NCBI GenBank assembly: GCA_964057225.1
Contig: OZ059897.1
Coordinates: 1,550,001-1,614,000 of the forward strand
DNA from: Auanema rhodensis
Lineage: Eukaryota > Animalia > Nematoda
Length of the DNA stretch: 64,000 bases
Reading direction: 5' to 3'
In this document: piece after piece, positions 13,997 through 29,000 of the stretch
Numbering within the stretch: the first letter of the stretch is position 1
Layout of the letters: each line of letters starts with the position of its first letter
Translations under genes and position numbers: made by a program
Notes under the pieces: model-generated
Told to the model about the DNA's origin: nothing
What the model saw: the letters and a program-made list of their open reading frames with translations, nothing else
Database searches by the model: none

Positions 13997-16900
13997 AAAC
14001 GATCATAACTAATTTTTGTATTGAGCGTTTCTTAATGTATTATAGTGCATTCGATGCGGATTTTTAAGCTGCGTCGATCTGTGTTATCAGATTTGCGCTA
14101 GCTTAGAAATGCACCGAGATATCAACTGATATAAGTTCACACTTATATCCTCGATTTTCACCCTGAAGAATTAATTTTTTCGTTGAATAACATTGTTCAT
14201 CGTCTTCGCCTTGAAAAAAGGAATTTAAAAACATCTACTTTTCGTGAAATTATTTTGAAATTTTTCGGGAAAATTTTTGTCAAAATGTTTTTGGAAGCAA
14301 TGTTGAGTGTACATGGAAACTCAACATACACTAATGCATAATTTTTTAAACGATCATAACTAATTCTTGTATTGAGCGTTTCTTAATGTATTATCGTGCA
14401 TTCGAAACGGATTTTTAAGCTGCGTCGATCTGTGTTATCAGATTTGCGCTAGCTTAAAAATGCACCGAGATATCAACTGATATAAGTTCACACTTATATC
14501 CTCGATTTTCACCCTGAAGAATTAATTTTTTCGTTGATTAACATTGTCCATCGTCTTCGCCTTGAAAAAAGGAATTTAAAAACATCTACTTTTCGTGAAA
14601 TTATTTTGAAATTTTTCAGGAAAATTTTTGTCAAAATGTTTTTGGAACCAATGTTGAGTGTACATGGAAACTCAACATATACTAATGCATAATTTTTTAA
14701 ACAATCATAACTAATTTTTGTATTGAGCGTTTCTTAATGTATTATAGTGCATTCGATACGGATTTTTAAGCTGCTTCGATCTGTGTTATCAGATTTGAGT
14801 TAGCTTAAAAATGCACCGAGATATCAACTGATATAAGTTCACACTTATATCCTCGATTTTCACCCTGAAGAATTAATTTTTTCGTTGAATAACATTGTCC
14901 ATCGTCTTCGCCTTGAAAAAAAAAATCTAAAAACATCTACTTTTGGTAAAATTATTTTGAAATTTTTCAGGAAAATTTTTGTCAAAATGTTTTTGGAATC
15001 AATGTTGAGTGTACATGGAAACTCAACATACACTAATGCATCATTTTTCAAACGATCATAACTAATTTTTGTATTGAGCGTTTTTTAATGTATTATAGTG
15101 CATTCGATACGGATTTTTAAGCTGCTTCGATCTGTGTTATCAGATTTGCGCTAGCAAAGAAATGCACCGAGATATCAACTGATATAAGTTCACACTTATA
15201 TCCTCGATTTTCACCCTGAAGAATTAATTTTTTCGTTGAATAACATTGTCCATCGTCTTCGCTTTGAAAAAAGGAATTTAAAAACATCTACTTTTCGTAA
15301 AATTATCTTGAAATTTTTCAGGAAAATTTTTGTCAAAATGTTTTTGGAAGCAATGTTGAGTGTACATGGAAACTCAACATATACTAATGCATAATTTTTT
15401 AAACAATCATAACTAATTTTTGTATTGAGCGTTTCTTAATGTACTATAGTGCATTCGATGCGGATTTTTAAGCTGCGTCGATCTGTGTTATCAGATTTGA
15501 GTTAGCTTAAAAATGCACCGAGATATCAACTGATATAAGTTCACACTTATATCCTCGATTTTCACCCTGAAGAATTAATTTTTTCGTTGAATAACATTGT
15601 CCATCGTCTTCGCCTTGAAAAAAGGAATTTCAAAACATCTACTATTTGTGAAATTATTTTGAAATTTTTCGGGAAAATTTTTGTCAAAATGTTTTTGGAA
15701 GCAATGTTGAGTGTACATGGAAACTCAACATACACTAATGCATAATTTTTTAAACGATCATAACTAATTCTTGTATTGAGCGTTTCTTAATGTATTATCG
15801 TGCATTCGAAACGGATTTTTAAGCTGCGTCGATCTGTGTTATCAGATTTGCGCTAGCTTAAAAATGCACCGAGATATCAACTGATATAAGTTCACACTTA
15901 TATCCTCGATTTTCACCTTGAAGAATTAATTTTTTCGTTGATTAACATTGTACATCGTCTTCGCCTTGAAAAAAGGAATTTAAAAACATCTACTTTTCGT
16001 GAAATTATTTTGAAATTTTTCAGGAAAATTTTTGTCAAAATGTTTTTGGAATCAATGTTGAGTGTACATGGAAACGCAACATACACTAATGCATCATTTT
16101 TCAAACGATCATAACTAATTTTTGTATTGAGCGTTTCTTAATGTATTATAGTGCATTCGATGCGGATTTTTAAGCTGCGTCGATCTGTGTTATCAGATTT
16201 GAGTTAGCTTAAAAATGCACCGAGATATCAACTGATATAAGTTCACACTTATATCCTCGATTTTCACCCTGAAGAATTAATTTTCTCGTTGATTAACATT
16301 GTCCATCGTCTTTGCCTTGAAAAAAGGAATCTAAAAACATCTACTTTTCGTAAAATTATCTTGAAATTTCTCAGGAAAATTTTTGTCAAAATGTTTTTGG
16401 AAGCAATGTTGAGTGTACATGGAAACTCAACATACACTAATGCATAATTTTTTAAACAATCATAACTAATTTTTGTATTGAGCGTTTCTTAATGTATTAT
16501 AGTGCATTCGATGCGGATTTTTAAGCTGCGTCGATCTGTGTTATCAGATTTGAGTTAGCTTAAAAATGCACCGAGATATCAACTGATATAAGTTCACACT
16601 TATATCCTCGATTTTCACCCTGAAGAATTAATTTTTTCGTTGAATAACATTGTCCATCGTCTTCGCCTTGAAAAAAGAAATCTAAAAACATCTACTTTTG
16701 GTAAAATTATTTTGAAATTTTTCAGGAAAATTTTTGTCAAAATGTTTTTGGAATCAATGTTGAGTGTACATGGAAACTCAACATACACTAATGCATCATT
16801 TTTCAAACGATCATAACTAATTTTTGTATTGAGCGTTTTTTAATGTATTATAGTGCATTCGATACGGATTTTTAAGCTGCTTCGATCTGTGTTATCAGAT

Positions 16901-19900
16901 TTGCGCTAGCAAAGAAATGCACCGAGATATCAACTGATATAAGTTCACACTTATATCCTCGATTTTCACCCTGAAGAATTAATTTTTTCGTTGAATAACA
17001 TTGTCCATCGTCTTCGCCTTGAAAAAAGGAATTTAAAAACATCTACTTTTCGTAAAATTATCTTGAAATTTCTCAGGAAAATTTTTGTCAAAATGTTTTT
17101 GGAAGCAATGTTGAGTGTACATGGAAACTCAACATACACTAATGCATAATTTTTTAAACAATCATAACTAATTTTTGTATTGAGCGTTTCTTAATGTATT
17201 ATAGTGCATTCGATGCGGATTTTTAAGCTGCGTCGATCTGTGTTATCAGATTTGAGTTAGCTTAAAAATGCACCGAGATATCAACTGATATAAGTTCACA
17301 CTTATATCCTCGATTTTCACCCTGAAGAATTAATTTTTTCGTTGAATAACATTGTCCATCGTCTTCGCCTTGAAAAAAGAAATCTAAAAACATCTACTTT
17401 TGGTAAAATTATTTTGAAATTTTTCAGGAAAATTTTTGTCAAAATGTTTTTGGAATCAATGTTGAGTGTACATGGAAACTCAACATACACTAATGCATCA
17501 TTTTTCAAACGATCATAACTAATTTTTGTATTGAGCGTTTTTTAATGTATTATAGTGCATTCGATACGGATTTTTAAGCTGCTTCGATCTGTGTTATCAG
17601 ATTTGCGCTAGCAAAGAAATGCACCGAGATATCAACTGATATAAGTTCACACTTATATCCTCGATTTTCACCCTGAAGAATTAATTTTTTCGTTGAATAA
17701 CATTGTCCATCGTCTTCGCCTTGAAAAAAGGAATTTAAAAACATTTACTTTTCGTAAAATTATCTTGAAATTTTTCAGGAAAATTTTTGTCAAAATGTTT
17801 TTGGAAGCAATGTTGAGTGTACATGGAAACTCAACATATACTAATGCATAATTTTTTAAACAATCATAACTAATTTTTGTATTGAGCGTTTCTTAATGTA
17901 CTATAGTGCATTCGATGCGGATTTTTAAGCTGCGTCGATCTGTGTTATCAGATTTGAGTTAGCTTAAAAATGCACCGAGATATCAACTGATATAAGTTCA
18001 CACTTATATCCTCGATTTTCACCCTGAAGAATTAATTTTTTCGTTGAATAACATTGTCCATCGTCTTCGCCTTGAAAAAAGGAATTTCAAAACATCTACT
18101 ATTTGTGAAATTATTTTGAAATTTTTCGGGAAAATTTTTGTCAAAATGTTTTTGGAAGCAATGTTGAGTGTACATGGAAACTCAACATACACTAATGCAT
18201 AATTTTTTAAACGATCATAACTAATTTTTGTATTGAGCGTTTCTTAATGTATTATCGTGCATTCGAAACGGATTTTTAAGCTGCGTCGATCTGTGTTATC
18301 AGATTTGCGCTAGCTTAAAAATGCACCGAGATATCAACTGATATAAGTTCACACTTATATCCTCGATTTTCACCCTGAAGAATTAATTTTTTCGTTGATT
18401 AACATTGTACATCGTCTTCGCCTTGAAAAAAGGAATTTAAAAACATCTACTTTTCGTGAAATTATTTTGAAATTTTTCAGGAAAATTTTTGTCAAAATGT
18501 TTTTGGAATCAATGTTGAGTGTACATGGAAACGCAACATACACTAATGCATCATTTTTCAAACGATCATAACTAATTTTTGTATTGAGCGTTTCTTAATG
18601 TATTATAGTGCATTCGATGCGGATTTTTAAGCTGCGTCGATCTGTGTTATCAGATTTGAGTTAGCTTAAAAATGCACCGAGATATCAACTGATATAAGTT
18701 CACACTTATATCCTCGATTTTCACCCTGAAGAATTAATTTTCTCGTTGATTAACATTGTCCATCGTCTTTGCCTTGAAAAAAGGAATCTAAAAACATCTA
18801 CTTTTCGTAAAATTATCTTGAAATTTCTCAGGAAAATTTTTGTCAAAATGTTTTTGGAAGCAATGTTGAGTGTACATGGAAACTCAACATACACTAATGC
18901 ATAATTTTTTAAACAATCATAACTAATTTTTGTATTGAGCGTTTCTTAATGTATTATAGTGCATTCGATGCGGATTTTTAAGCTGCGTCGATCTGTGTTA
19001 TCAGATTTGAGTTAGCTTAAAAATGCACCGAGATATCAACTGATATAAGTTCACACTTATATCCTCGATTTTCACCCTGAAGAATTAATTTTTTCGTTGA
19101 ATAACATTGTCCATCGTCTTCGCCTTAAAAAAAGAAATCTAAAAACATCTACTTTTGGTAAAATTATTTTGAAATTTTTCAGGAAAATTTTTGTCAAAAT
19201 GTTTTTGGAATCAATGTTGAGTGTACATGGAAACTCAACATACACTAATGCATAATTTTTTAAACGATCATAACTAATTTTTGTATTGAGCGTTTCTTAA
19301 TGTATTATAGTGCATTCGATGCGGATTTTTAAGCTGCGTCGATCTGTGTTATCAGATTTGCGCTAGCTTAGAAATGCACCGAGATATCAACTGATATAAG
19401 TTCACACTTATATCCTCGATTTTCACCCTGAAGAATTAATTTTTTCGTTGAATAACATTGTCCATCGTCTTCGCCTTGAAAAAAGGAATTTAAAAACATC
19501 TACTTTTTGTGAAATTATTTTGAAATTTTTCGGGAAAATTTTTGTCAAAATGTTTTTGGAAGCAATGTTGAGTGTACATGGAAACTCAACATACACTAAT
19601 GCATCATTTTTCAAACGATCATAACTAATTTTTGTATTGAGCGTTTTTTAATGTATTATAGTGCATTCGATACGGATTTTTAAGCTGCTTCGATCTGTGT
19701 TATCAGATTTGCGCTAGCAAAGAAATGCACCGAGATATCAACTGATATAAGTTCACACTTATATCCTCGATTTTCACCCTGAAGAATTAATTTTTTCGTT
19801 GAATAACATTGTCCATCGTCTTCGCCTTGAAAAAAGGAATTTAAAAACATCTACTTTTCGTGAAATTATTTTGAAATTTTTCGGGAAAATTTTTGTCAAA

Positions 19901-22900
19901 ATGTTTTTGGAAGCAATGTTGAGTGTACATGGAAACTCAACATACACTAATGCATCATTTTTCAAACGATCATAACTAATTTTTGTATTGAGCGTTTCTT
20001 AATGTATTATAGTGCATTCGATGCGGATTTTTAAGCTGCGTCGATCTGTGTTATCAGATTTGCGCTAGCTTAGAAATGCACCGAGATATCAACTGATATA
20101 AGTTCACACTTATATCCTCGATTTTCACCCTGAAGAATTAATTTTTTCGTTGAATAACATTGTTCATCGTCTTCGCCTTGAAAAAAGGAATTTAAAAACA
20201 TCTACTTTTCGTGAAATTATTTTGAAATTTTTCGGGAAAATTTTTGTCAAAATGTTTTTGGAAGCAATGTTGAGTGTACATGGAAACTCAACATACACTA
20301 ATGCATAATTTTTTAAACGATCATAACTAATTCTTGTATTGAGCGTTTCTTAATGTATTATCGTGCATTCGAAACGGATTTTTAAGCTGCGTCGATCTGT
20401 GTTATCAGATTTGCGCTAGCTTAAAAATGCACCGAGATATCAACTGATATAAGTTCACACTTATATCCTCGATTTTCACCCTGAAGAATTAATTTTTTCG
20501 TTGATTAACATTGTCCATCGTCTTCGCCTTGAAAAAAGGAATTTAAAAACATCTACTTTTCGTGAAATTATTTTGAAATTTTTCAGGAAAATTTTTGTCA
20601 AAATGTTTTTGGAACCAATGTTGAGTGTACATGGAAACTCAACATATACTAATGCATAATTTTTTAAACAATCATAACTAATTTTTGTATTGAGCGTTTC
20701 TTAATGTATTATAGTGCATTCGATACGGATTTTTAAGCTGCTTCGATCTGTGTTATCAGATTTGAGTTAGCTTAAAAATGCACCGAGATATCAACTGATA
20801 TAAGTTCACACTTATATCCTCGATTTTCACCCTGAAGAATTAATTTTTTCGTTGAATAACATTGTCCATCGTCTTCGCCTTGAAAAAAAAAATCTAAAAA
20901 CATCTACTTTTGGTAAAATTATTTTGAAATTTTTCAGGAAAATTTTTGTCAAAATGTTTTTGGAATCAATGTTGAGTGTACATGGAAACTCAACATACAC
21001 TAATGCATCATTTTTCAAACGATCATAACTAATTTTTGTATTGAGCGTTTTTTAATGTATTATAGTGCATTCGATACGGATTTTTAAGCTGCTTCGATCT
21101 GTGTTATCAGATTTGCGCTAGCAAAGAAATGCACCGAGATATCAACTGATATAAGTTCACACTTATATCCTCGATTTTCACCCTGAAGAATTAATTTTTT
21201 CGTTGAATAACATTGTCCATCGTCTTCGCTTTGAAAAAAGGAATTTAAAAACATCTACTTTTCGTAAAATTATCTTGAAATTTTTCAGGAAAATTTTTGT
21301 CAAAATGTTTTTGGAAGCAATGTTGAGTGTACATGGAAACTCAACATATACTAATGCATAATTTTTTAAACAATCATAACTAATTTTTGTATTGAGCGTT
21401 TCTTAATGTACTATAGTGCATTCGATGCGGATTTTTAAGCTGCGTCGATCTGTGTTATCAGATTTGAGTTAGCTTAAAAATGCACCGAGATATCAACTGA
21501 TATAAGTTCACACTTATATCCTCGATTTTCACCCTGAAGAATTAATTTTTTCGTTGAATAACATTGTCCATCGTCTTCGCCTTGAAAAAAGGAATTTCAA
21601 AACATCTACTATTTGTGAAATTATTTTGAAATTTTTCGGGAAAATTTTTGTCAAAATGTTTTTGGAAGCAATGTTGAGTGTACATGGAAACTCAACATAC
21701 ACTAATGCATAATTTTTTAAACGATCATAACTAATTCTTGTATTGAGCGTTTCTTAATGTATTATCGTGCATTCGAAACGGATTTTTAAGCTGCGTCGAT
21801 CTGTGTTATCAGATTTGCGCTAGCTTAAAAATGCACCGAGATATCAACTGATATAAGTTCACACTTATATCCTCGATTTTCACCTTGAAGAATTAATTTT
21901 TTCGTTGATTAACATTGTACATCGTCTTCGCCTTGAAAAAAGGAATTTAAAAACATCTACTTTTCGTGAAATTATTTTGAAATTTTTCAGGAAAATTTTT
22001 GTCAAAATGTTTTTGGAATCAATGTTGAGTGTACATGGAAACGCAACATACACTAATGCATCATTTTTCAAACGATCATAACTAATTTTTGTATTGAGCG
22101 TTTCTTAATGTATTATAGTGCATTCGATGCGGATTTTTAAGCTGCGTCGATCTGTGTTATCAGATTTGAGTTAGCTTAAAAATGCACCGAGATATCAACT
22201 GATATAAGTTCACACTTATATCCTCGATTTTCACCCTGAAGAATTAATTTTCTCGTTGATTAACATTGTCCATCGTCTTTGCCTTGAAAAAAGGAATCTA
22301 AAAACATCTACTTTTCGTAAAATTATCTTGAAATTTCTCAGGAAAATTTTTGTCAAAATGTTTTTGGAAGCAATGTTGAGTGTACATGGAAACTCAACAT
22401 ACACTAATGCATAATTTTTTAAACAATCATAACTAATTTTTGTATTGAGCGTTTCTTAATGTATTATAGTGCATTCGATGCGGATTTTTAAGCTGCGTCG
22501 ATCTGTGTTATCAGATTTGAGTTAGCTTAAAAATGCACCGAGATATCAACTGATATAAGTTCACACTTATATCCTCGATTTTCACCCTGAAGAATTAATT
22601 TTTTCGTTGAATAACATTGTCCATCGTCTTCGCCTTGAAAAAAGAAATCTAAAAACATCTACTTTTGGTAAAATTATTTTGAAATTTTTCAGGAAAATTT
22701 TTGTCAAAATGTTTTTGGAATCAATGTTGAGTGTACATGGAAACTCAACATACACTAATGCATCATTTTTCAAACGATCATAACTAATTTTTGTATTGAG
22801 CGTTTTTTAATGTATTATAGTGCATTCGATACGGATTTTTAAGCTGCTTCGATCTGTGTTATCAGATTTGCGCTAGCAAAGAAATGCACCGAGATATCAA

Positions 22901-25900
22901 CTGATATAAGTTCACACTTATATCCTCGATTTTCACCCTGAAGAATTAATTTTTTCGTTGAATAACATTGTCCATCGTCTTCGCCTTGAAAAAAGGAATT
23001 TAAAAACATCTACTTTTCGTAAAATTATCTTGAAATTTCTCAGGAAAATTTTTGTCAAAATGTTTTTGGAAGCAATGTTGAGTGTACATGGAAACTCAAC
23101 ATACACTAATGCATAATTTTTTAAACAATCATAACTAATTTTTGTATTGAGCGTTTCTTAATGTATTATAGTGCATTCGATGCGGATTTTTAAGCTGCGT
23201 CGATCTGTGTTATCAGATTTGAGTTAGCTTAAAAATGCACCGAGATATCAACTGATATAAGTTCACACTTATATCCTCGATTTTCACCCTGAAGAATTAA
23301 TTTTTTCGTTGAATAACATTGTCCATCGTCTTCGCCTTGAAAAAAGAAATCTAAAAACATCTACTTTTGGTAAAATTATTTTGAAATTTTTCAGGAAAAT
23401 TTTTGTCAAAATGTTTTTGGAATCAATGTTGAGTGTACATGGAAACTCAACATACACTAATGCATCATTTTTCAAACGATCATAACTAATTTTTGTATTG
23501 AGCGTTTTTTAATGTATTATAGTGCATTCGATACGGATTTTTAAGCTGCTTCGATCTGTGTTATCAGATTTGCGCTAGCAAAGAAATGCACCGAGATATC
23601 AACTGATATAAGTTCACACTTATATCCTCGATTTTCACCCTGAAGAATTAATTTTTTCGTTGAATAACATTGTCCATCGTCTTCGCCTTGAAAAAAGGAA
23701 TTTAAAAACATTTACTTTTCGTAAAATTATCTTGAAATTTTTCAGGAAAATTTTTGTCAAAATGTTTTTGGAAGCAATGTTGAGTGTACATGGAAACTCA
23801 ACATATACTAATGCATAATTTTTTAAACAATCATAACTAATTTTTGTATTGAGCGTTTCTTAATGTACTATAGTGCATTCGATGCGGATTTTTAAGCTGC
23901 GTCGATCTGTGTTATCAGATTTGAGTTAGCTTAAAAATGCACCGAGATATCAACTGATATAAGTTCACACTTATATCCTCGATTTTCACCCTGAAGAATT
24001 AATTTTTTCGTTGAATAACATTGTCCATCGTCTTCGCCTTGAAAAAAGGAATTTCAAAACATCTACTATTTGTGAAATTATTTTGAAATTTTTCGGGAAA
24101 ATTTTTGTCAAAATGTTTTTGGAAGCAATGTTGAGTGTACATGGAAACTCAACATACACTAATGCATAATTTTTTAAACGATCATAACTAATTTTTGTAT
24201 TGAGCGTTTCTTAATGTATTATCGTGCATTCGAAACGGATTTTTAAGCTGCGTCGATCTGTGTTATCAGATTTGCGCTAGCTTAAAAATGCACCGAGATA
24301 TCAACTGATATAAGTTCACACTTATATCCTCGATTTTCACCCTGAAGAATTAATTTTTTCGTTGATTAACATTGTACATCGTCTTCGCCTTGAAAAAAGG
24401 AATTTAAAAACATCTACTTTTCGTGAAATTATTTTGAAATTTTTCAGGAAAATTTTTGTCAAAATGTTTTTGGAATCAATGTTGAGTGTACATGGAAACG
24501 CAACATACACTAATGCATCATTTTTCAAACGATCATAACTAATTTTTGTATTGAGCGTTTCTTAATGTATTATAGTGCATTCGATGCGGATTTTTAAGCT
24601 GCGTCGATCTGTGTTATCAGATTTGAGTTAGCTTAAAAATGCACCGAGATATCAACTGATATAAGTTCACACTTATATCCTCGATTTTCACCCTGAAGAA
24701 TTAATTTTCTCGTTGATTAACATTGTCCATCGTCTTTGCCTTGAAAAAAGGAATCTAAAAACATCTACTTTTCGTAAAATTATCTTGAAATTTCTCAGGA
24801 AAATTTTTGTCAAAATGTTTTTGGAAGCAATGTTGAGTGTACATGGAAACTCAACATACACTAATGCATAATTTTTTAAACAATCATAACTAATTTTTGT
24901 ATTGAGCGTTTCTTAATGTATTATAGTGCATTCGATGCGGATTTTTAAGCTGCGTCGATCTGTGTTATCAGATTTGAGTTAGCTTAAAAATGCACCGAGA
25001 TATCAACTGATATAAGTTCACACTTATATCCTCGATTTTCACCCTGAAGAATTAATTTTTTCGTTGAATAACATTGTCCATCGTCTTCGCCTTAAAAAAA
25101 GAAATCTAAAAACATCTACTTTTGGTAAAATTATTTTGAAATTTTTCAGGAAAATTTTTGTCAAAATGTTTTTGGAATCAATGTTGAGTGTACATGGAAA
25201 CTCAACATACACTAATGCATAATTTTTTAAACGATCATAACTAATTTTTGTATTGAGCGTTTCTTAATGTATTATAGTGCATTCGATGCGGATTTTTAAG
25301 CTGCGTCGATCTGTGTTATCAGATTTGCGCTAGCTTAGAAATGCACCGAGATATCAACTGATATAAGTTCACACTTATATCCTCGATTTTCACCCTGAAG
25401 AATTAATTTTTTCGTTGAATAACATTGTCCATCGTCTTCGCCTTGAAAAAAGGAATTTAAAAACATCTACTTTTTGTGAAATTATTTTGAAATTTTTCGG
25501 GAAAATTTTTGTCAAAATGTTTTTGGAAGCAATGTTGAGTGTACATGGAAACTCAACATACACTAATGCATCATTTTTCAAACGATCATAACTAATTTTT
25601 GTATTGAGCGTTTTTTAATGTATTATAGTGCATTCGATACGGATTTTTAAGCTGCTTCGATCTGTGTTATCAGATTTGCGCTAGCAAAGAAATGCACCGA
25701 GATATCAACTGATATAAGTTCACACTTATATCCTCGATTTTCACCCTGAAGAATTAATTTTTTCGTTGAATAACATTGTCCATCGTCTTCGCCTTGAAAA
25801 AAGGAATTTAAAAACATCTACTTTTCGTGAAATTATTTTGAAATTTTTCGGGAAAATTTTTGTCAAAATGTTTTTGGAAGCAATGTTGAGTGTACATGGA

Positions 25901-26029
25901 AACTCAACATACACTAATGCATCATTTTTCAAACGATCATAACTAATTTTTGTATTGAGCGTTTCTTAATGTATTATAGTGCATTCGATGCGGATTTTTA
26001 AGCTGCGTCGATCTGTGTTATCAGATTTG
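13997..26029. repeat. Tandem duplication of a 17-monomer (5967-bp) higher-order unit of satellite A
   Basis: Seven ORF variants repeat at offset 5967 (14860/20827, 15913/21880, 16615/22582, 17317/23284, 18370/24337, 19423/25390, 19774/25741). Rare SNPs match (acatttact at ~17741/23708; tgttcatc at ~14194/20161). Flanking mismatches lie at 13996/19963 and 20063/26030. Confidence 0.92.
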
Positions 26030-29000
26030 AGTTAGCTTAAAAATGCACCGAGATATCAACTGATATAAGTTCACACTTATATCCTCGATTTTCACCCTGA
26101 AGAATTAATTTTTTCGTTGAATAACATTGTCCATCGTCTTCGCCTTAAAAAAAGGAATCTAAAAACATCTAGTTTTTGTAAAATTATCCTGAAATTTTTC
26201 GGGAAAATTTTTGTCAAAATGTTTTTGGAAGCAATGTTGAGTGTACATGGAAACTCAACATACACTAATGCATAATTTTTTAAACGATCATAACTAATTC
26301 TTGTATTGAGCGTTTCTTAATGTATTATAGTGCATTCGATGCGGATTTTTAAGCTGCGTCGATCTGTGTTATCAGATTTGCGCTAGCTTAAAAATGCACC
26401 GAGATATCAACTGATATAAGTTCACACTTATATCCTCGATTTTCACCCTGAAGAATTAATTTTTTCGTTGATTAACATTGTACATCGTCTTTGCCTTGAA
26501 AAAAGGAATTTAAAAACATCTACTTTTTGTGAAATTATTTTGAAATTTTTCGGGAAAATTTTTGTCAAAATGTTTTTGGAAGCAATGTTGAGTGTACATG
26601 GAAACTCAACATACACTAATGCATAATTTTTTAAACAATCATAACTAATTTTTGTATTGAGCGTTTCTTAATGTATTATAGTGCATTCGATGCGGATTTT
26701 TAAGCTGCGTCGATCTGTGTTATCAGATTTGAGTTAGCTTAAAAATGCACCGAGATATCAACTGATATAAGTTCACACTTATATCCTCGATTTTCACCTT
26801 GAAGAATTAATTTTTTCGTTGATTAACATTGTACATCGTCTTCGCCTTGAAAAAAGGAATTTAAAAACATCTACTTTTCGTGAAATTATTTTGAAATTTT
26901 TCAGGAAAATTTTTGTCAAAATGTTTTTGGAATCAATGTTGAGTGTACATGGAAACGCAACATACACTAATGCATCATTTTTCAAACGATCATAACTAAT
27001 TTTTGTATTGAGCGTTTCTTAATGTATTATAGTGCATTCGATGCGGATTTTTAAGCTGCGTCGATCTGTGTTATCAGATTTGAGTTAGCTTAAAAATGCA
27101 CCGAGATATCAACTGATATAAGTTCACACTTATATCCTCGATTTTCACCCTGAAGAATTAATTTTCTCGTTGATTAACATTGTCCATCGTCTTTGCCTTG
27201 AAAAAAGGAATCTAAAAACATCTACTTTTCGTAAAATTATCTTGAAATTTCTCAGGAAAATTTTTGTCAAAATGTTTTTGGAAGCAATGTTGAGTGTACA
27301 TGGAAACTCAACATACACTAATGCATAATTTTTTAAACAATCATAACTAATTTTTGTATTGAGCGTTTCTTAATGTATTATAGTGCATTCGATGCGGATT
27401 TTTAAGCTGCGTCGATCTGTGTTATCAGATTTGAGTTAGCTTAAAAATGCACCGAGATATCAACTGATATAAGTTCACACTTATATCCTCGATTTTCACC
27501 CTGAAGAATTAATTTTTTCGTTGAATAACATTGTCCATCGTCTTCGCCTTGAAAAAAGAAATCTAAAAACATCTACTTTTGGTAAAATTATTTTGAAATT
27601 TTTCAGGAAAATTTTTGTCAAAATGTTTTTGGAATCAATGTTGAGTGTACATGGAAACTCAACATACACTAATGCATAATTTTTTAAACGATCATAACTA
27701 ATTTTTGTATTGAGCGTTTCTTAATGTATTATAGTGCATTCGATGCGGATTTTTAAGCTGCGTCGATCTGTGTTATCAGATTTGAGTTAGCTTAAAAATG
27801 CACCGAGATATCAACTGATATAAGTTCACACTTATATCCTCGATTTTCACCTTGAAGAATTAATTTTTTCGTTGATTAACATTGTACATCGTCTTCGCCT
27901 TGAAAAAAGGAATTTAAAAACATCTACTTTTCGTGAAATTATTTTGAAATTTTTCAGGAAAATTTTTGTCAAAATGTTTTTGGAATCAATGTTGAGTGTA
28001 CATGGAAACGCAACATACACTAATGCATCATTTTTCAAACGATCATAACTAATTTTTGTATTGAGCGTTTCTTAATGTATTATAGTGCATTCGATGCGGA
28101 TTTTTAAGCTGCGTCGATCTGTGTTATCAGATTTGAGTTAGCTTAAAAATGCACCGAGATATCAACTGATATAAGTTCACACTTATATCCTCGATTTTCA
28201 CCCTGAAGAATTAATTTTCTCGTTGATTAACATTGTCCATCGTCTTTGCCTTGAAAAAAGGAATCTAAAAACATCTACTTTTCGTAAAATTATCTTGAAA
28301 TTTCTCAGGAAAATTTTTGTCAAAATGTTTTTGGAAGCAATGTTGAGTGTACATGGAAACTCAACATACACTAATGCATAATTTTTTAAACAATCATAAC
28401 TAATTTTTGTATTGAGCGTTTCTTAATGTATTATAGTGCATTCGATGCGGATTTTTAAGCTGCGTCGATCTGTGTTATCAGATTTGAGTTAGCTTAAAAA
28501 TGCACCGAGATATCAACTGATATAAGTTCACACTTATATCCTCGATTTTCACCCTGAAGAATTAATTTTTTCGTTGAATAACATTGTCCATCGTCTTCGC
28601 CTTGAAAAAAGAAATCTAAAAACATCTACTTTTGGTAAAATTATTTTGAAATTTTTCAGGAAAATTTTTGTCAAAATGTTTTTGGAATCAATGTTGAGTG
28701 TACATGGAAACTCAACATACACTAATGCATCATTTTTCAAACGATCATAACTAATTTTTGTATTGAGCGTTTTTTAATGTATTATAGTGCATTCGATACG
28801 GATTTTTAAGCTGCTTCGATCTGTGTTATCAGATTTGCGCTAGCAAAGAAATGCACCGAGATATCAACTGATATAAGTTCACACTTATATCCTCGATTTT
28901 CACCCTGAAGAATTAATTTTTTCGTTGAATAACATTGTCCATCGTCTTCGCCTTGAAAAAAGGAATTTAAAAACATCTACTTTTCGTAAAATTATCTTGA

